DNA of 28,155 bases from Trueperaceae bacterium. Its GTDB lineage: Bacteria > Deinococcota > Deinococci > Deinococcales > Trueperaceae. This document shows positions 25,480 through 28,155 of the stretch, piece after piece. The first letter of the stretch is position 1. The number at the start of each line of letters is the position of its first letter. The translations under genes were made by a program, and so were the position numbers. The notes under the pieces are model-generated. The model was not told where the DNA came from and searched no databases. It was given only the letters and a program-made list of their open reading frames with translations. The DNA lies in the NCBI GenBank assembly GCA_035703635.1, contig DASSXV010000057.1, forward strand, positions 1 to 28,155. The letters are read 5' to 3'.

Positions 25480-27824
25480 CGCGCGGCCCTCACGTCATCA
25501 GCACGCTTGCTTACGTACATGCGGTGATCTGAGACCTCGAGCAGCGTTTCGCGGTCCAGTCCGTCGACAGGGTAGTTGGCCACCCCGATGCTGATGGTGA
25601 GTCCAACGCCGTTGGCGGCCAGACTCGCCACCACGCGCCCGAGCCGCTCAGCGGCGGCCTGCGCGTCGGCGGGCCGCACCTCTGGCATCACGATGGCGAA
25701 CTCGTCGCCGCCCCAGCGGAACACCTGATCGGAGCCGCGGGCCGCGCCGGCCAGTGCGTCGGCAACGGCAACCAACGCCTTGTCGCCCTCCGCGTGCCCG
25801 AAGCGATCGTTGATCTCCTTGAAGTCATTGAGGTCGAGGAGCATGAGGCTGAGGTGGTGCTCGTAGCGCCGCGCCCGTGCCAGCTCCAACTTGAACGCAC
25901 GGTTGAACCCCTCGCGGTTGCCAAGCCCAGTCAACGGGTCCGTTATCGCGGACCTTTCGAGCTCGAGCACCTGTTCCGCTTGCCGCACGACGATCGTGAG
26001 GTGCTGTGCGAACGCCTCAGCTATGCGCAACGCAGCGGGTCCGAAGGCGTCGTCCGTCGAGAAGTTGTCGACGTTCAGGAACGCGACTACCCCGTCGCGG
26101 TCGACGATCGGCACGGCGAGCTGGCACCGCAAGTCGTTGAGGCGCGCCTCAGCGGGTGCCACCAGCATCTGCCCCGAACTGGCGCTCATCGTCAACGAGT
26201 CGCTGCCGTGCATGATGCGGCCGACCCCGCCCTCGAACGACGCCACGTCGCCGCGGTACCAGGTCAGTTGCTCGCCGTAACTGAACGGTCCGGCCTCGGC
26301 CTGGAGGCGGTCGAGGTCATAACCGACCGCCGCCTCGTAGTGGAAGCTCTCGCCGTGCCTCACGAGGATGGAGACGGCCTCGGCGTTGGGCACGAGGTCA
26401 GCCGCCGCCATGGCCGCGTGGCGGTAAAGCGTCTCTGGGCTGGAGGTGGACTTGAGTTGCTTGATCGCCTCGAGCGTGGCGAACAGTTGCCTGTTGAGGG
26501 CGGCGCGAGCGAAGGCGGCGCCAAGCGGCACGGACAACTCCCCAAGTAGCTCGCGCGTGCGTTCGCTCCACGTCGGCAGCGGTTCCCGGAAACGCGTGAC
26601 GACGAGCAGCGCCTGCACCTGGCCGTTAAGGTCAACGATGGGCACGGCAGCTACCGCGCGCGCCTCGGTCGACGTCGTCCAGTCGGCGTCAGATGCGAGG
26701 TCGTCGACCAGGACTAGCTCGCGAGCCTCCCAAGCGTGCCGCAGGAGACCAGTGAAGGGGAAGCCGTCGCGAACTAGTGCGGCAAGTGCCGGGGGAGGCG
26801 AACCGTGAACGGCGATGGGACGCAGGCGCGCGTAGTGCAGCTCGAGAACCGCCCCTATGTCGAGGTCGAACATCGCTAGGATCTCGTCTAGCGCGGCTTC
26901 TGCGGCTTCGGTCACGCCGTCCGCGAGTAGGAGGCGCCTGTTGAGGCGCGCCATGAACTCCTGATGGGCAGTGGTTTCGCTCAACGCCGCCAAGGCGTCC
27001 AGCCGGGCCAGCACCTCCTCCATCATGCGCACGAACGCGACCAAGGTGGCGCGGTCCGCCGGCCCGAAAGCGTTGGTGTCGCGGTGCTCGAGGTTGACGA
27101 TGGCCCGAACGCGCTTACCGGTCATGACGGGGATGGCGAGTTCGCTGCGGGTGAACTCTGCGCCCGGCGCCTGAATGAAGTCCCTATCCAAGTGACAGTC
27201 CGCGACGTACTGCGGTTCTTGTGTCTTGAAGGCCCTGCCCATGACGCTCGAGAGCGGAACGTCGAAGTCTGGGTCTGCGCCCCAGCGCCACGTCGTGTGC
27301 ACCTTGAGTCCGCGGCCGTCCGGCACGAACACGGCGGCGTGCGCGAACGGCAGGATGTCGGACAGGAGCCGCGGCGCGGAGCGGAAGAGCGCGTCCATGT
27401 CGGTCGCGTGGTTCAGGTCGACCGTCGCTTCTTGCAGCAGCGTCGCCCGGCGACCAGCGTCCCGAGCACGCTGTTCAGCGCTGCGCCAGACCCGGTAGAG
27501 GCCGTCGCCGCCAACCGACGCCAGCGCCAACGCACCCGCGATAAGGAGGTAATCGGCGGCGCTCTGGTGACTACCGTCGAGGAGGGTGCGCAGCCACACT
27601 AGGAGCAGGGCGGCTGGCGCGAGGGCGGCACTAGCCCGCCAACCGAGGCCGGCCGTGGCCAGCAGGAACGGGATGGCGAGGAGGATGCCGTGCCAGACCC
27701 TCAGGTTCCCAAGGGGGAGCGACGCGAACAGCAGCACGACCGCCACCAGGGCCCAGGAGAGGGGTCCGGACTTCAGGCGGGCTTGGCGCCACGTGTGCGC
27801 GGCCTCGGGGACAGGCGTCCTCAT
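25365..27824 (-). CDS. Membrane-bound sensor diguanylate cyclase (TM region, probably three GAF domains, GGDEF)
   Basis: Hydrophobic N-terminus; GAF-like segments (RSELAIPV, AVAAVPIV, CQLAVPIV); TDPLTGLGNR, DLNDFKEINDRFGHAEGD, RGSD I-site, RWGGDEF, TISIGVA. Confidence 0.9.
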   Translation of the reverse strand: MRTPVPEAAHTWRQARLKSGPLSWALVAVVLLFASLPLGNLRVWHGILLAIPFLLATAGLGWRASAALAPAALLLVWLRTLLDGSHQSAADYLLIAGALALASVGGDGLYRVWRSAEQRARDAGRRATLLQEATVDLNHATDMDALFRSAPRLLSDILPFAHAAVFVPDGRGLKVHTTWRWGADPDFDVPLSSVMGRAFKTQEPQYVADCHLDRDFIQAPGAEFTRSELAIPVMTGKRVRAIVNLEHRDTNAFGPADRATLVAFVRMMEEVLARLDALAALSETTAHQEFMARLNRRLLLADGVTEAAEAALDEILAMFDLDIGAVLELHYARLRPIAVHGSPPPALAALVRDGFPFTGLLRHAWEARELVLVDDLASDADWTTSTEARAVAAVPIVDLNGQVQALLVVTRFREPLPTWSERTRELLGELSVPLGAAFARAALNRQLFATLEAIKQLKSTSSPETLYRHAAMAAADLVPNAEAVSILVRHGESFHYEAAVGYDLDRLQAEAGPFSYGEQLTWYRGDVASFEGGVGRIMHGSDSLTMSASSGQMLVAPAEARLNDLRCQLAVPIVDRDGVVAFLNVDNFSTDDAFGPAALRIAEAFAQHLTIVVRQAEQVLELERSAITDPLTGLGNREGFNRAFKLELARARRYEHHLSLMLLDLNDFKEINDRFGHAEGDKALVAVADALAGAARGSDQVFRWGGDEFAIVMPEVRPADAQAAAERLGRVVASLAANGVGLTISIGVANYPVDGLDRETLLEVSDHRMYVSKRADDVRAARHSRRSGPSTGLSSAAALAGTPPAGGRGTPVNAGRDSK

Positions 27825-28021
27825 GCACCAGATTGTCTCACTCGGCCTCTTACGACTTTATTACCCTGCCGCTGGCGCCTGGACGTCGGCGTTGGCGTCC
27901 AGGACGCGATCGGGCGCTGTCGTGCCTGCCAGGATGGTTGCGGGGCGCGCTTGGCCGCTTGGTAACTCCAGCGCCCGCGCGCTTCGTGGAAATGACCTCC
28001 GGCCGCTTCTTGCCCGGGCGG

Positions 28022-28027
28022 TACACT
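28022..28027 (+). promoter_or_regulatory. -10 element TACACT, putative leaderless promoter of the last gene
   Basis: TACACT 7 nt upstream of GTG 28035. Confidence 0.6.
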
Positions 28028-28034
28028 AGGCACC

Positions 28035-28155
28035 GTGAAGAAGAAGGCCCGCCAGGACCGCAAGCGAAGTGAGAACCACCGCCTCGACATCGAGGCCGTC
28101 GGCCTCGTAGTCCTGACAGCTGGAGCGTTCCTGGCAGGGGTGCTCGTGCCGCAAC
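28035..28155 (+). CDS. ftsK: 5' fragment of a membrane protein, probably DNA translocase FtsK (truncated by window end)
   Basis: MKKKARQDRKRSENHRLDIEAVGLVVLTAGAFLAGVLVPQ: basic N-terminus, then DxEAxGLV and a TM helix. This resembles my recollection of Deinococcota FtsK N-termini, but only 40 codons are visible. Not in the ORF track. Confidence 0.55.
   Translation, partial: MKKKARQDRKRSENHRLDIEAVGLVVLTAGAFLAGVLVPQ

Noticed and set aside
27825..28034. Small ORFs in the GGDEF/ftsK intergenic region (27821-28090, 27833-28072, 27690-27965)
   Set aside because: No motifs or convincing initiation signals, and they overlap better-supported genes or promoters.
1..28155. Mobile elements, CRISPR arrays, defence systems, tRNA or rRNA genes
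   Set aside because: No transposase, integrase or cas motifs, no regularly spaced repeats, no tRNA-like T-loop or CCA pattern in the short intergenic gaps, and no obvious compositional island.

Overview
GC-rich, densely coding bacterial chromosomal segment. It is almost entirely housekeeping, with no mobile element, CRISPR array, rRNA or tRNA visible. Gene order: sdhC (3' end)-sdhD-sdhA-sdhB > < ridA < PP2C phosphatase | gatA > rpmH-rnpA-yidD-yidC-jag-prmC-(SDR/zinc-ribbon fusion) > < lspA | large NAD-glutamate dehydrogenase > < hemW < CUT1 ABC transporter (binding protein and two permeases, no ATPase) | RNA methyltransferase > degenerate M23/LytM protein-AI-2E (PerM) transporter > < membrane GAF-GAF-GAF-GGDEF protein | 5' end of a probable ftsK. 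Protein styles and the many -10 boxes 6-8 nt before start codons (leaderless pattern) suggest Deinococcota, possibly Trueperaceae; this is inference. I found no clearly novel multi-gene system. The best leads are (1) a LytM/M23 protein that has lost its zinc-binding and catalytic histidines and is coupled to an AI-2E transporter, (2) an extended-SDR enzyme fused to a C-terminal zinc ribbon and coupled to prmC, (3) a tandem-repeated, structured 5' leader on rpmH, and (4) a multibranch RNA structure ending at the ribosome-binding site of the ABC binding-protein gene.
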